Shown: one piece after another, positions 47,875 to 56,429 of the stretch | How positions within the stretch are numbered: the first letter of the stretch is position 1 | How the letters are laid out: the number at the start of each line of letters is the position of its first letter | Assembly (NCBI GenBank): GCA_964424515.1 | Contig: CAYRJJ010000001.1 | Location: 1,747 to 65,746 of the forward strand | Origin: an uncultured Candidatus Finniella sp. | Lineage (GTDB): Bacteria; Pseudomonadota; Alphaproteobacteria; Paracaedibacterales; VGCI01 | Direction: 5' to 3' | Length of the DNA: 64,000 bases | Translations under genes and position numbers: made by a program | Notes under the pieces: model-generated | Seen by the model: the letters and a program-made list of their open reading frames with translations, nothing else | The model's database searches: none | What the model was told of the DNA's origin: nothing

Positions 47875-47915
47875 TGCGGAACAGACGCGGCCGGGATGCT
47901 GATGAGTGTCCCGTC

Positions 47916-50465
47916 ATGACAGCTTATCCTTTTAAAGAATGTGAGCATAAATGGCAAAAAGCCTGGTCAGAAGCGAAAGCTTTTGAAGTCCGGGATGAGG
48001 CAAAAAAACCAAAATCCTACATTCTGGAAATGTTCCCTTATCCTTCGGGGCGCTTGCACATGGGACATGTGCGTAACTATTCCATCGGGGATGCGATTGC
48101 CCGCTACAAACGGGTGCTGGGTTATACGGTTCTTCATCCGATGGGGTGGGATGCGTTTGGCTTGCCCGCTGAAAATGCGGCAGGGGAGCATCAGGTTGAC
48201 CCTGCAGACTGGACGGTTGAAAATATCAAGGCGATGAAGCGGCAATTTCAAGCTTTGGGATTCGCTTTTGATTGGACGCGGGAAGTGGCCACTTGCCAGC
48301 CGGATTATTATCGCCATGAGCAAAAGATGTTTTTGGATTTTTGGAGCAAGGGCCTTGCTTACCGCAAAGAAATTTGGGTGAATTGGGATCCGGTGGAAGG
48401 ATCGGTTCTGGCGAACGAACAAGTTATCAGCGGGCGGGGTTGGCGTTCAGGGGCAATCGTTGAAAGGCGTAAATTAACTCAATGGTCTTTGCAAATTACC
48501 CGTTATGCTCAAGAGTTATTAGATGATCTTGCGAAACTGGAAGCAGGGTGGCCGGAAAAAGTTATCCGCATGCAAGAAAATTGGATCGGTCGCTCTGAAG
48601 GGGCTTTGATTCGCTTTGCGTTGGCGGATAGAGAAAATGAAGTAATTGATGTCTTCACAACCCGTCCTGAAACAGTGTTTGGCGCGGCTTTCTGTGCGGT
48701 TTCTCCAACGCATCCCCTGACGGAAGCCCTGCTACAAACAAATTCAGACCTGGCGGAATTTGTGGCGATGTGCCAGCGCACCCCGACCACGGAAGAAGCC
48801 TTAAGCACAGAGGAAAAGCAAGGTTTTGATACGGGCTTGCGGGTTCATCACCCCTTTATTCTTGGGCATGCCTTGCCTGTTTATGTTGCGAATTTTGTGA
48901 TGATGGATTATGGAACAGGCGCTATTTTCGGGTGTCCCGCCCATGACGACCGTGATTTTGAATTTGCTGAAAAGGTCGGCTTACCCATGACGGTTGTCGT
49001 CCAACCCGAAGGTGAGGAGAACCTTCATCTTCCCTTAACGGCAGCTTATACAGGCCAGGGAACTTTAATAAACTCAGGCTTTCTGGATGGGTTATCTGTT
49101 GAAAAAGCCAGGGCCAGGGCTATTGAAGAAATTGAACGCCGGCGGATCGGAGAGTGCCGGATTACGTACCGCTTGAGAGACTGGTGCATTTCCCGTCAAC
49201 GGTATTGGGGTTGCCCCATCCCCATTATCTATTGTGAGGCATGCGGGACCGTTCCCGTTCCGGCCCAAGACTTGCCGGTCATATTGCCAAAAGATGTTAT
49301 TTTTGGACAAGGGGGGAACCCTCTGGCCAATCATCCGACCTGGAAGCATGTCAATTGCCCTCAATGCGGCAAGCCGGCTACTCGTGAAACAGATACGTTT
49401 GATACGTTCGTTGAATCTTCCTGGTATTTTTTGCGCTATTGCAACCCTTACGCCACGGCTGCCGTCGATAAAATTTCATGTCAGAAATGGATGCCGGTTG
49501 ACTGGTACATCGGGGGGGTCGAGCATGCGGTGCTCCACTTGCTTTATGCCCGCTTTTTCACCAAGGCATTACGGGATTGTGGATATGTAGACCTTGATGA
49601 ACCGTTCGGAAACCTGTTAACGCAAGGTATGGTCTGTCATCAAACTTTTCAAGACCAGGATGGTCATTGGCTTTACCCTCAAGAGGTAGAGAAAAATACG
49701 AAAGGTCAATACGTAACCATTAAGGGCGGCTTGCCTGTGACCGCAGGGCGGTCTGAAAAAATGAGCAAGTCCAGGAAAAACCTGGTGGATCCTCAATCTA
49801 TTATTGACGTCTATGGCGCGGATGCTGCGCGTCTCTTCGTTTTATCAGATACGCCGCCTGAGCGGGACTTTGACTGGAATGATGAAGGGCTGGAAGGGGC
49901 CTGGCGATATATTAACCGCGTTTGGCGTTTGGTCCTTTCAGCTATTGATCTGGCAGACCGTCCGGGTGAAGCGGAACCAACGCTTGCTTTGAGAAAGCTC
50001 ATCCATCAATCCATTCAAAAATTCCAGCAAGCTTATGAACGCAACGCTTTTAATAAGGCCATCGCCTTCTTGCGGGAGCTTACCCATGCTCTTGAAAAAG
50101 CCCTTGAAACAGCCACGGTTAGCCGGGCTGCCCTAATGGAAGGGGTGGAAGTTCTTGCGCAAGGATTGGGCCCCATCGTTCCTCATGTGACGAGTGAACT
50201 CTGGGAGCGTCTTGGCCATGCTGAAAGTTTGGTGGATGCTCCTTGGCCAATCCCCGATCCTAAGCTGGCTATGATTGAAGAAGTCACCATCGCGGTTCAG
50301 GTAAATGGTAAAATGCGGGGGTCGTTTCCGGCTTCCGTCGATGCTGAAGCCTCTCTTTTAGAACAGGAAGCGCTGATGCTGCCCGCTGTTGTGCGGGATA
50401 TGGCGGGACGTCTTCCGCGCCGGATGGTTATCATTCCAAACCGGATCGTCAATATCGTGGTATAA
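47916..50465 (+). CDS. leuS: Leucyl-tRNA synthetase
   Basis: 849 aa. HMGH signature (GRLHMGHVRNY) and KMSKS (EKMSKSRKN). Confidence 0.97.
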   Translation: MTAYPFKECEHKWQKAWSEAKAFEVRDEAKKPKSYILEMFPYPSGRLHMGHVRNYSIGDAIARYKRVLGYTVLHPMGWDAFGLPAENAAGEHQVDPADWTVENIKAMKRQFQALGFAFDWTREVATCQPDYYRHEQKMFLDFWSKGLAYRKEIWVNWDPVEGSVLANEQVISGRGWRSGAIVERRKLTQWSLQITRYAQELLDDLAKLEAGWPEKVIRMQENWIGRSEGALIRFALADRENEVIDVFTTRPETVFGAAFCAVSPTHPLTEALLQTNSDLAEFVAMCQRTPTTEEALSTEEKQGFDTGLRVHHPFILGHALPVYVANFVMMDYGTGAIFGCPAHDDRDFEFAEKVGLPMTVVVQPEGEENLHLPLTAAYTGQGTLINSGFLDGLSVEKARARAIEEIERRRIGECRITYRLRDWCISRQRYWGCPIPIIYCEACGTVPVPAQDLPVILPKDVIFGQGGNPLANHPTWKHVNCPQCGKPATRETDTFDTFVESSWYFLRYCNPYATAAVDKISCQKWMPVDWYIGGVEHAVLHLLYARFFTKALRDCGYVDLDEPFGNLLTQGMVCHQTFQDQDGHWLYPQEVEKNTKGQYVTIKGGLPVTAGRSEKMSKSRKNLVDPQSIIDVYGADAARLFVLSDTPPERDFDWNDEGLEGAWRYINRVWRLVLSAIDLADRPGEAEPTLALRKLIHQSIQKFQQAYERNAFNKAIAFLRELTHALEKALETATVSRAALMEGVEVLAQGLGPIVPHVTSELWERLGHAESLVDAPWPIPDPKLAMIEEVTIAVQVNGKMRGSFPASVDAEASLLEQEALMLPAVVRDMAGRLPRRMVIIPNRIVNIVV

Positions 50466-50518
50466 TGATGGGGGCGTTCTCTGATGCAAGAATTCTATCC
50501 TATAAGAAAGAGGCCGGC

Positions 50519-51058
50519 ATGCTTTTGAAGAAATTAATCGCTGTGTCTTTTCTAAGCTTTCCTCTTGCCGGGTGCGGGTTTCAACCCCTTATGACAGGGC
50601 AACATGAAACGCCGCAAAAATTTACTTTGAAAATCAGCGGATCTGGCTACTCTGCTTATAAATTTCGCCGGGAATTGGAAAAACAGCTCGCCCTTACGCC
50701 TCAGGTGAATGATAAAGCCTACGTCTTAACGATTTCCGTCAGTGAGGGGTATGTTCCCATTGCCTATGGAACGGATGCAACCATATCGCGCAGTCAAATT
50801 CAGGCAAGAGCGACCTATACCCTTTATGATTGCAGCCAGATGATCGCTAAAGGTGCCGTCACTTCTTACAGCAGCTATACCCTGAACTCGACGCAAGAAT
50901 TTAGCACACGAAGCGCCCAGGCTGCAGCCAGTGAACGCACGCTCATTAACCTGGCTGAAGAACTTTCCCGCGAGATTATGCTAAAAATTCGAATCGCCCC
51001 TGAAAAAGAAGAAAAAACAAGGGCAATGCCAGAAATTGGAAAAGATAATGATTGGTAA
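50519..51058 (+). CDS. lptE: LPS-assembly lipoprotein LptE
   Basis: Lipobox PLAGCGFQPL. Positioned directly after leuS as in most Proteobacteria. ATG at 50519 follows AAGAAAGAGG. Confidence 0.75.
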   Translation: MLLKKLIAVSFLSFPLAGCGFQPLMTGQHETPQKFTLKISGSGYSAYKFRRELEKQLALTPQVNDKAYVLTISVSEGYVPIAYGTDATISRSQIQARATYTLYDCSQMIAKGAVTSYSSYTLNSTQEFSTRSAQAAASERTLINLAEELSREIMLKIRIAPEKEEKTRAMPEIGKDNDW

Positions 51059-51309
51059 GAATATAAAAGGTACAAATTTTTCAAAGTCTTCTGGAAGGAA
51101 GATGATTTTGGCCAATGAGCGCCAAGCTTGGTCGAAATAATTGGTACAGGTAGACATTTTGTGATATATTCAGGGAGAGGAAGAGAGGGCTGAATAAAGG
51201 GGCGCCTGAAGAGAGGATAAAGAAATTTTTGGCCGCAGGTCTGTGGAACCTTTCAAAACTCTCCGTACTTTAATTTTATTCTCAATTTTTCTCCAGGGAG
51301 GCGCTATTC

Positions 51310-51975
51310 GTGGCTAACAAAAATATAGTACTTGAACGGGGCGCGAGGCTCAAGAGCCTGAGAAAAAAAACGGGGCTGACGAGGCTTGCTTTTTCTGAAC
51401 AAACAGGAATCAGTCCCCATACCCTTAAAGCGCTGGAGCATGGTGAGCGGGAACTGAGCGCTCAAAAGGCGCTTCTATTTTCTAATCTCTTCTCTAATTT
51501 ATTCTCGGTATGCTTGGGAGAAGACGTTCATGAAGCGAGCTTTGATTATTTATATTACGGCAAGAAAAATGAAGCCCCGGAAGAGACGAAATTGACAAGT
51601 GACCGGGGCGCTGACGGGCGTCTTCAAAAGGACATTCATTTCTTCACGACCCATGCAGCTTATATGGGCTTAAAAATTACAGACGACCTCATGTCTCCTT
51701 TTTATAAGGCAGGGGATTTCGTTGGGGGTAAAAAGATCAATAACAAAAACCGGTTTTTCCTCTATCAAGGCCAAATTTGTATCATCGAAGCCTTAAATGG
51801 TGACAAATTTTTAAGAAGGGTTATTAAGTCTGACAACCAAAAGATAACCTCTTGCATATTAAACACCGGCATGAGCCATGCAGTCCCGATTGTTGAAGAA
51901 GTTGAAGCTCGCTCCCTTGCCCAAGCCATATGGCATTGGCATGTATCCGAGCTGGTGGGCGCCCCGGCCAGGTAA
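51310..51975 (+). CDS. XRE-type HTH plus S24 (LexA/CI-like) peptidase-domain regulator
   Basis: 221 aa. HTH LKSLRKKTGLTRLAFSEQTGISPHTLKALEHGERE. C-terminal DDLMSPFYKAGDFV resembles the S24 Ser motif. GTG start. Confidence 0.65.
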   Translation: MANKNIVLERGARLKSLRKKTGLTRLAFSEQTGISPHTLKALEHGERELSAQKALLFSNLFSNLFSVCLGEDVHEASFDYLYYGKKNEAPEETKLTSDRGADGRLQKDIHFFTTHAAYMGLKITDDLMSPFYKAGDFVGGKKINNKNRFFLYQGQICIIEALNGDKFLRRVIKSDNQKITSCILNTGMSHAVPIVEEVEARSLAQAIWHWHVSELVGAPAR

Positions 51976-52190
51976 GGGGGAAAAACAGGCTTTTGATTTT
52001 AGACTTCTTTTGAATACCTCTTTGGATTTGAGGAGAGGGTATGCTAGAATTAAGTAAATCAACGCTAGGACGTCCTTTGTAAGTGGCCTTTGTAAGCTAT
52101 CGTCTTTTGCTCTCTGCCGTTGTCAAGAACGTGTTCGTTCACGTTTCTTGCGAACCCTGAATCAAAATTCCTGATTTTCCAGGAATTCTA

Positions 52191-52832
52191 ATGAAAGAAG
52201 GTATGATGAAATCATTATTGAAAAAGACCCTGTTGATAGCTTTGGTCTCAACGCTTTATGTAACCATGCAAGCAGCAATGGCAACAACAGGGCAAACTTC
52301 CCAGGTTCAGCAAGAAAATCGGATTAAGGAGTTGCAAGACTACTTGAATGGTATCCGCACCCTTCGCGCCAATTTTTCTCAAAATAACCAGGATGGGACC
52401 GCTTCTTCCGGCAAGATATATATGAAGCGGTTCGGTAACGCAAGTTTTGGTAAGTTACGGTTAGATTATACGCCGCCAACTCAAATAAAAATTATCGCCA
52501 ATGGAGAAGTTTTACGGTACGAAGATGGCGAAAAAAAGGATATCAGCGAATATTCCATAGATCGTACCCCGGTAAGTTTTTTGCTTCGCCACAAAATTGA
52601 TTTTTCTGATGGTTTAGAAGTCAAAAATATGAAAACGGAAGGAGAAAAAATATATCTGACGATCATACGTCCCGGCGATGATGATGTAACGCTCACGCTG
52701 ATTTTTGACACCTCCCCGATGTTGCGGTTGCAAGGATGGTCAGTTGTGGATGCGCAAGCGAGCAAAACACATGTGGATCTCGCGCAAGTTGAAATTGGCA
52801 TACCGTTAGAAGAGAATCTTTTTACGTTTTAG
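52191..52832 (+). CDS. lolA: LolA-like outer-membrane lipoprotein carrier protein
   Basis: 213 aa. Signal peptide. LRANFSQ...GKIYMKR...LRLDY pattern of the LolA family. Confidence 0.75.
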   Translation: MKEGMMKSLLKKTLLIALVSTLYVTMQAAMATTGQTSQVQQENRIKELQDYLNGIRTLRANFSQNNQDGTASSGKIYMKRFGNASFGKLRLDYTPPTQIKIIANGEVLRYEDGEKKDISEYSIDRTPVSFLLRHKIDFSDGLEVKNMKTEGEKIYLTIIRPGDDDVTLTLIFDTSPMLRLQGWSVVDAQASKTHVDLAQVEIGIPLEENLFTF

Positions 52833-52839
52833 GGAACGT

Positions 52840-52923
52840 CCGGAGTGTACATAAGAGTACGTGAGGATCACGAACGAATTTTTGACGACGCCATGGACCA
52901 AAAGGCGACGGTTTCGCAAGAAG
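52840..52923. repeat. Dispersed repeat R2, copy 2
   Basis: It is the reverse complement of 8983-9066 with 5 mismatches by eye. It fills the 92-bp gap between the convergent lolA and nusB stops almost exactly. Confidence 0.6.
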
Positions 52924-52924
52924 T

Positions 52925-53398
52925 CTATTCTTGCAAGTCTGTGGTCCGAAGAAGTTTTGCCAAAGCATCCAGAGATGCATTAACAAATGCAACTTCTGGA
53001 CCCCCGCTAAATGCTTTCGTAATTTCAATGTATTCATTAATGACGACAGGTACGGGTACAGCCGTATCGCGGCTCAGTTCAAACACAGCTGCCCGTAAAA
53101 TGGCCCGGATAACTGACTCCATGCGTTCCAGGCGCCAGTCTTCAGAAAGCGTCGATGTAATCATTGAATCCAGATCAGCAAGCCGTTCCATGACACCCGT
53201 CACAATGTCCTGGAACAAGGTTTTGTCGGGCGTAATAAACCGCGTCCCATCCACTATTTCATTGAGCCGGTGGTTCAAAAATTCCTGAACGACTTTTTGG
53301 GGCGTGGTTGGTTCTTGTTCCAATTGATAAAGGGCTTGAACAGCAGCGAGGCGGGCTGCTGGACGGCCTTTTACGATCATATTTTTTTTTGGATTCAC
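52925..53398 (-). CDS. nusB: Transcription antitermination factor NusB
   Basis: 157 aa. AARLAAVQALYQLE N-terminal motif and NusB-length helical protein. Confidence 0.9.
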   Translation of the reverse strand: MNPKKNMIVKGRPAARLAAVQALYQLEQEPTTPQKVVQEFLNHRLNEIVDGTRFITPDKTLFQDIVTGVMERLADLDSMITSTLSEDWRLERMESVIRAILRAAVFELSRDTAVPVPVVINEYIEITKAFSGGPEVAFVNASLDALAKLLRTTDLQE

Positions 53399-53481
53399 TT
53401 TCCTGTTCCTTCAAGGCGTTGAGTTTAGTATTATACTGTTTGACGGTATTTGACAATCGCAAGCATCGGTCTATTAAAATT

Positions 53482-53697
53482 TCAAATGGTGATGAACCGC
53501 ACGAGACGGATGCCTGCAAAAAAGAGGAGGATGCTGACCATCCCGCTTGAAAGGGCATAAATAAGAGCATGGAGGGGGAGGTCTTGATCAACCAGCAGGC
53601 CAAACTCAAGGGCAAAGGCTGAAAATGTTGTAAATCCTCCCAAAAAGCCTGTTGTTAAACAGGATGAAAGTTTTAGGGGAATGAAGAAAGTCGTCAA
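53482..53697 (-). pseudogene. crcB: 5'-truncated crcB (fluoride channel) remnant
   Basis: The 71-aa ORF holds only the C-terminal half of CrcB, including GFLGGFTTFSAFALE. The only start is TTG and an in-frame stop lies 3 codons upstream (53707-53709). No N-terminal half is seen in any frame nearby. Confidence 0.5.
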
Positions 53698-54077
53698 TGG
53701 GGATTTTTATAGTATCCCCCCTTTTTCAGAGGAGAAATTTGTCTTAAAGTGTTGCCCAAAGTTAAGGACTTGAGTCCTTTTGAATCCCATGAACGTGTTT
53801 AAAATCACGCCGTCAGCGGCGCGCCTTTTTCCTTCCCTTGACAAGTATGAAAAAATTCCCACATAACAGATCAGGAGGGTTCTTCAAGAACCCTCCTGCA
53901 GATACGTGGAAAAGGGAGCTTGTCATGTTCCATCGAGGATATGTCATCACAAGGATAGCGTCGCAACACAGCTGAAAAGCTTGTGTGCCTTAATATTCTT
54001 TTATTACGGTATACCCACTAAAACTGAATAACGATGTCTTTTGCCTGAATTCAATAAAATAAAGGGCAAAGAACGAG

Positions 54078-55754
54078 ATGAGGAATTGTATTATGATTTA
54101 TGTCCAGAATCTTGTGAAACGCTTGGGTGGCAAAGCTGTCCTCGATCATGTCTCGTACCATTTTCCTCAAGGGGAGCATATTGCCCTCGTGGGTGATAAC
54201 GGAGCGGGGAAGTCAACATTTTTGAATATCTTGTGTGGATTGGATGAAGCGGACGAAGGAACCATGATCAAGCCGAAGGGGTTGGTATTGGGGTATTTGC
54301 CCCAGGAGCCGAATCCCCATCCAGCGTCAACCGTCCTGGAAGAATGTCTGGAGGGGGCTGTGCGGGTCAAAGCTATTGGCAGGGTTCGCGATCGCTATCT
54401 GGCGGAAATGGGGGAATCCTACAGCGATGAGCTTTATGAAGCTTATGACAAAGCTGAAGCGGAGTTTCAGGCGCTGCGCGGGTATGAAGTTGAATCAGAT
54501 GCCAAAAAATATCTGGTCGGTCTTGGCTTTTCCTCACAGCAATTTGGTCAACCCCCCCAAGAGTTGTCGGGCGGGTGGCGCATGCGGTTGGAATTGGCCA
54601 AAATTCTGGTGAACAATCCCAATTTTTTGATTCTTGATGAGCCAACCAACCACCTGGACTTGCCCAGTCTGGTGTGGCTGGAAACCTATTTGCAAAGTTT
54701 TGAGGGAACCGTATTATTCGTTTCTCACGACCGGGCATTGCTCAATCGTTTGGCGACGATTACGCTGCATTTGGCTTATGGTTCCTTGACAGCCTATACG
54801 GGAAATTATGACCAATTTATAGTCCAGCGTGACCTGGCAAGCGCCCAAACGGAAGCGCAATTGAAAGGCATCCAGCAAAAGCAGGCGGAGCTTCAGCGGT
54901 TTGTAGACCGCTTTGGCGCCAAGGCTTCTAAAGCGGCTCAAGCTTCAAGCCGTCAAAAGATGATTGACCGTTTGAAAGAAGAAGAAAATGCTTTGAAGGT
55001 TCCCCAAGCCCAACGGGTGATTTCAGCAAACCTGAAGATCGCGGCGCCCAGTGGAAAGGAAGTTTTAAAGCTTGTTAAGGGAGCGGTTGGTTACGCCACT
55101 CCCATTGCGCGTAACTTAAGCTTGTCGATTCAAAGAGGCCAGCGTGTGGCCATTATTGGCGCGAACGGGGTTGGCAAATCAACCCTGGTGAAAACCCTGG
55201 CGAACAATCTCCCTCTCATTCAAGGGGAGCTGGCGTTCGGTCATAATGTGATGCTGGGGTACCATGCCCAAAATCACCTGGAGAGCCTTAAGCCGGATGC
55301 GACGGCTTTGGAAAATGTCACAGGGGCGAACCTGGAATTGACTGAACAGATGGTGCGCAGCCTTCTGGGGCAGTTTTTGCTGCAAAAGGATGACGTCTTC
55401 AAAAAGGTTGGCATCCTTTCCGGAGGAGAGAAGAACCGTGTTAGTTTGTGTTGTTTACTTGCCCGCCAAGCGAACTTTCTGATTCTCGATGAGCCTACGA
55501 ACCATTTAGATATGGCAAGCGCAGATATTTTAGCAAAGACTTTGTCTGAGTTTAAAGGCGCAATTCTATTTGTGAGCCATGACCGGTCTTTTATTGACAC
55601 AGTAGCCACACATATTTTTGTGGTGGCAAATGCGACTCAAAGCGCCCTGTTTGAAGGAAAGTTGAAAGATTATGAAGAAGTGGCGGAGCGCAGCGGTTTC
55701 CCGAATATCCTCAAGGGGTCTCTTCCAGGAAAAACAGCATCGGGACCCTGCTGA
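54078..55754 (+). CDS. ABC-F family ATPase (two ABC domains, no TM domain)
   Basis: 558 aa. Two Walker A motifs (GDNGAGKST, GANGVGKST), two signatures (LSGGWRMR, LSGGEKNR) and an inter-domain linker. ATG at 54093 is an alternative start. Confidence 0.9.
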   Translation: MRNCIMIYVQNLVKRLGGKAVLDHVSYHFPQGEHIALVGDNGAGKSTFLNILCGLDEADEGTMIKPKGLVLGYLPQEPNPHPASTVLEECLEGAVRVKAIGRVRDRYLAEMGESYSDELYEAYDKAEAEFQALRGYEVESDAKKYLVGLGFSSQQFGQPPQELSGGWRMRLELAKILVNNPNFLILDEPTNHLDLPSLVWLETYLQSFEGTVLFVSHDRALLNRLATITLHLAYGSLTAYTGNYDQFIVQRDLASAQTEAQLKGIQQKQAELQRFVDRFGAKASKAAQASSRQKMIDRLKEEENALKVPQAQRVISANLKIAAPSGKEVLKLVKGAVGYATPIARNLSLSIQRGQRVAIIGANGVGKSTLVKTLANNLPLIQGELAFGHNVMLGYHAQNHLESLKPDATALENVTGANLELTEQMVRSLLGQFLLQKDDVFKKVGILSGGEKNRVSLCCLLARQANFLILDEPTNHLDMASADILAKTLSEFKGAILFVSHDRSFIDTVATHIFVVANATQSALFEGKLKDYEEVAERSGFPNILKGSLPGKTASGPC

Positions 55755-55970
55755 AAAAAAGAGTCAAAAAAGCTGGGATGTCTCAGCTCTCCCTCTTTAA
55801 ACGGGGATTCCGATTCTTGTGAAAATGCGCTGTCCTCGATCAAACGCCACATCCTTTATGGGTTTACGTAAATTGATGGGCGTTAAGTCTTTGGGCAACC
55901 AGATCTATTGACAAATGTTGCCTTCTTATAAATATTAAGAAGTAACTTAACTTCTATAAGGAACCATTTC

Positions 55971-56384
55971 ATGATCAAAGAAACATCCATTTTATCCATG
56001 CTTGCCGCAGCCACTCTTAGCCCTGTTCATGCAGCGGCAACACCAACCAGGACGGACTCGGGTCTTCAGTATATCGATGTGAAGCCGGGGGTTGAAAAAA
56101 TGCCTGAGCAAGGCCAAACCGTCATCGTCCACTATACCGGTACATTGGCGGATGGAACCAAGTTTGACAGTTCCCGTGACCGGAAGGACCCCTTTAAATT
56201 TAAATTAGGCGTAGGCCAGGTTATTAAAGGCTGGGATGAAGGAATTTCGACAATGAAAATCGGCGGCCAACGGCAGCTCATTATCCCTCCTGAGCTGGGA
56301 TATGGCGAAAATGGCGCTGGCGGCGTAATCCCCCCCAACGCGACTTTGCATTTTGATGTCGAGTTGATTGGAGTTGAGGGATAG
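55971..56384 (+). CDS. FKBP-type peptidyl-prolyl cis-trans isomerase, secreted
   Basis: 137 aa. Signal peptide. [16 protein letters not shown]...[15 protein letters not shown]...[13 protein letters not shown]. Confidence 0.9.
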   Translation: MIKETSILSMLAAATLSPVHAAATPTRTDSGLQYIDVKPGVEKMPEQGQTVIVHYTGTLADGTKFDSSRDRKDPFKFKLGVGQVIKGWDEGISTMKIGGQRQLIIPPELGYGENGAGGVIPPNATLHFDVELIGVEG

Positions 56385-56429
56385 AAAATTACCATATACA
56401 GGCGCCATTCTGCGTCTATAGATTGCTCC

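Noticed and set aside
52125-52149. Near-palindrome AAGAACGTGTTCGTTCACGTTTCTT considered as an alphaproteobacterial LexA box (GTTC-N7-GTTC).
   Set aside because: It fits only as GTTC-N7-TTTC. No SOS gene lies directly downstream (lolA), and I saw no comparable box upstream of uvrB. It is mentioned only as a possible operator for the adjacent CI-like regulator.
53698-53900. Looked for a fluoride (crcB-motif) riboswitch upstream of the crcB remnant.
   Set aside because: The conserved GGCGAUGG and CUGAUGAUGCCUAC-type cores were not found on the minus strand. Only a loosely similar GCTGACGGCGTGA was seen.
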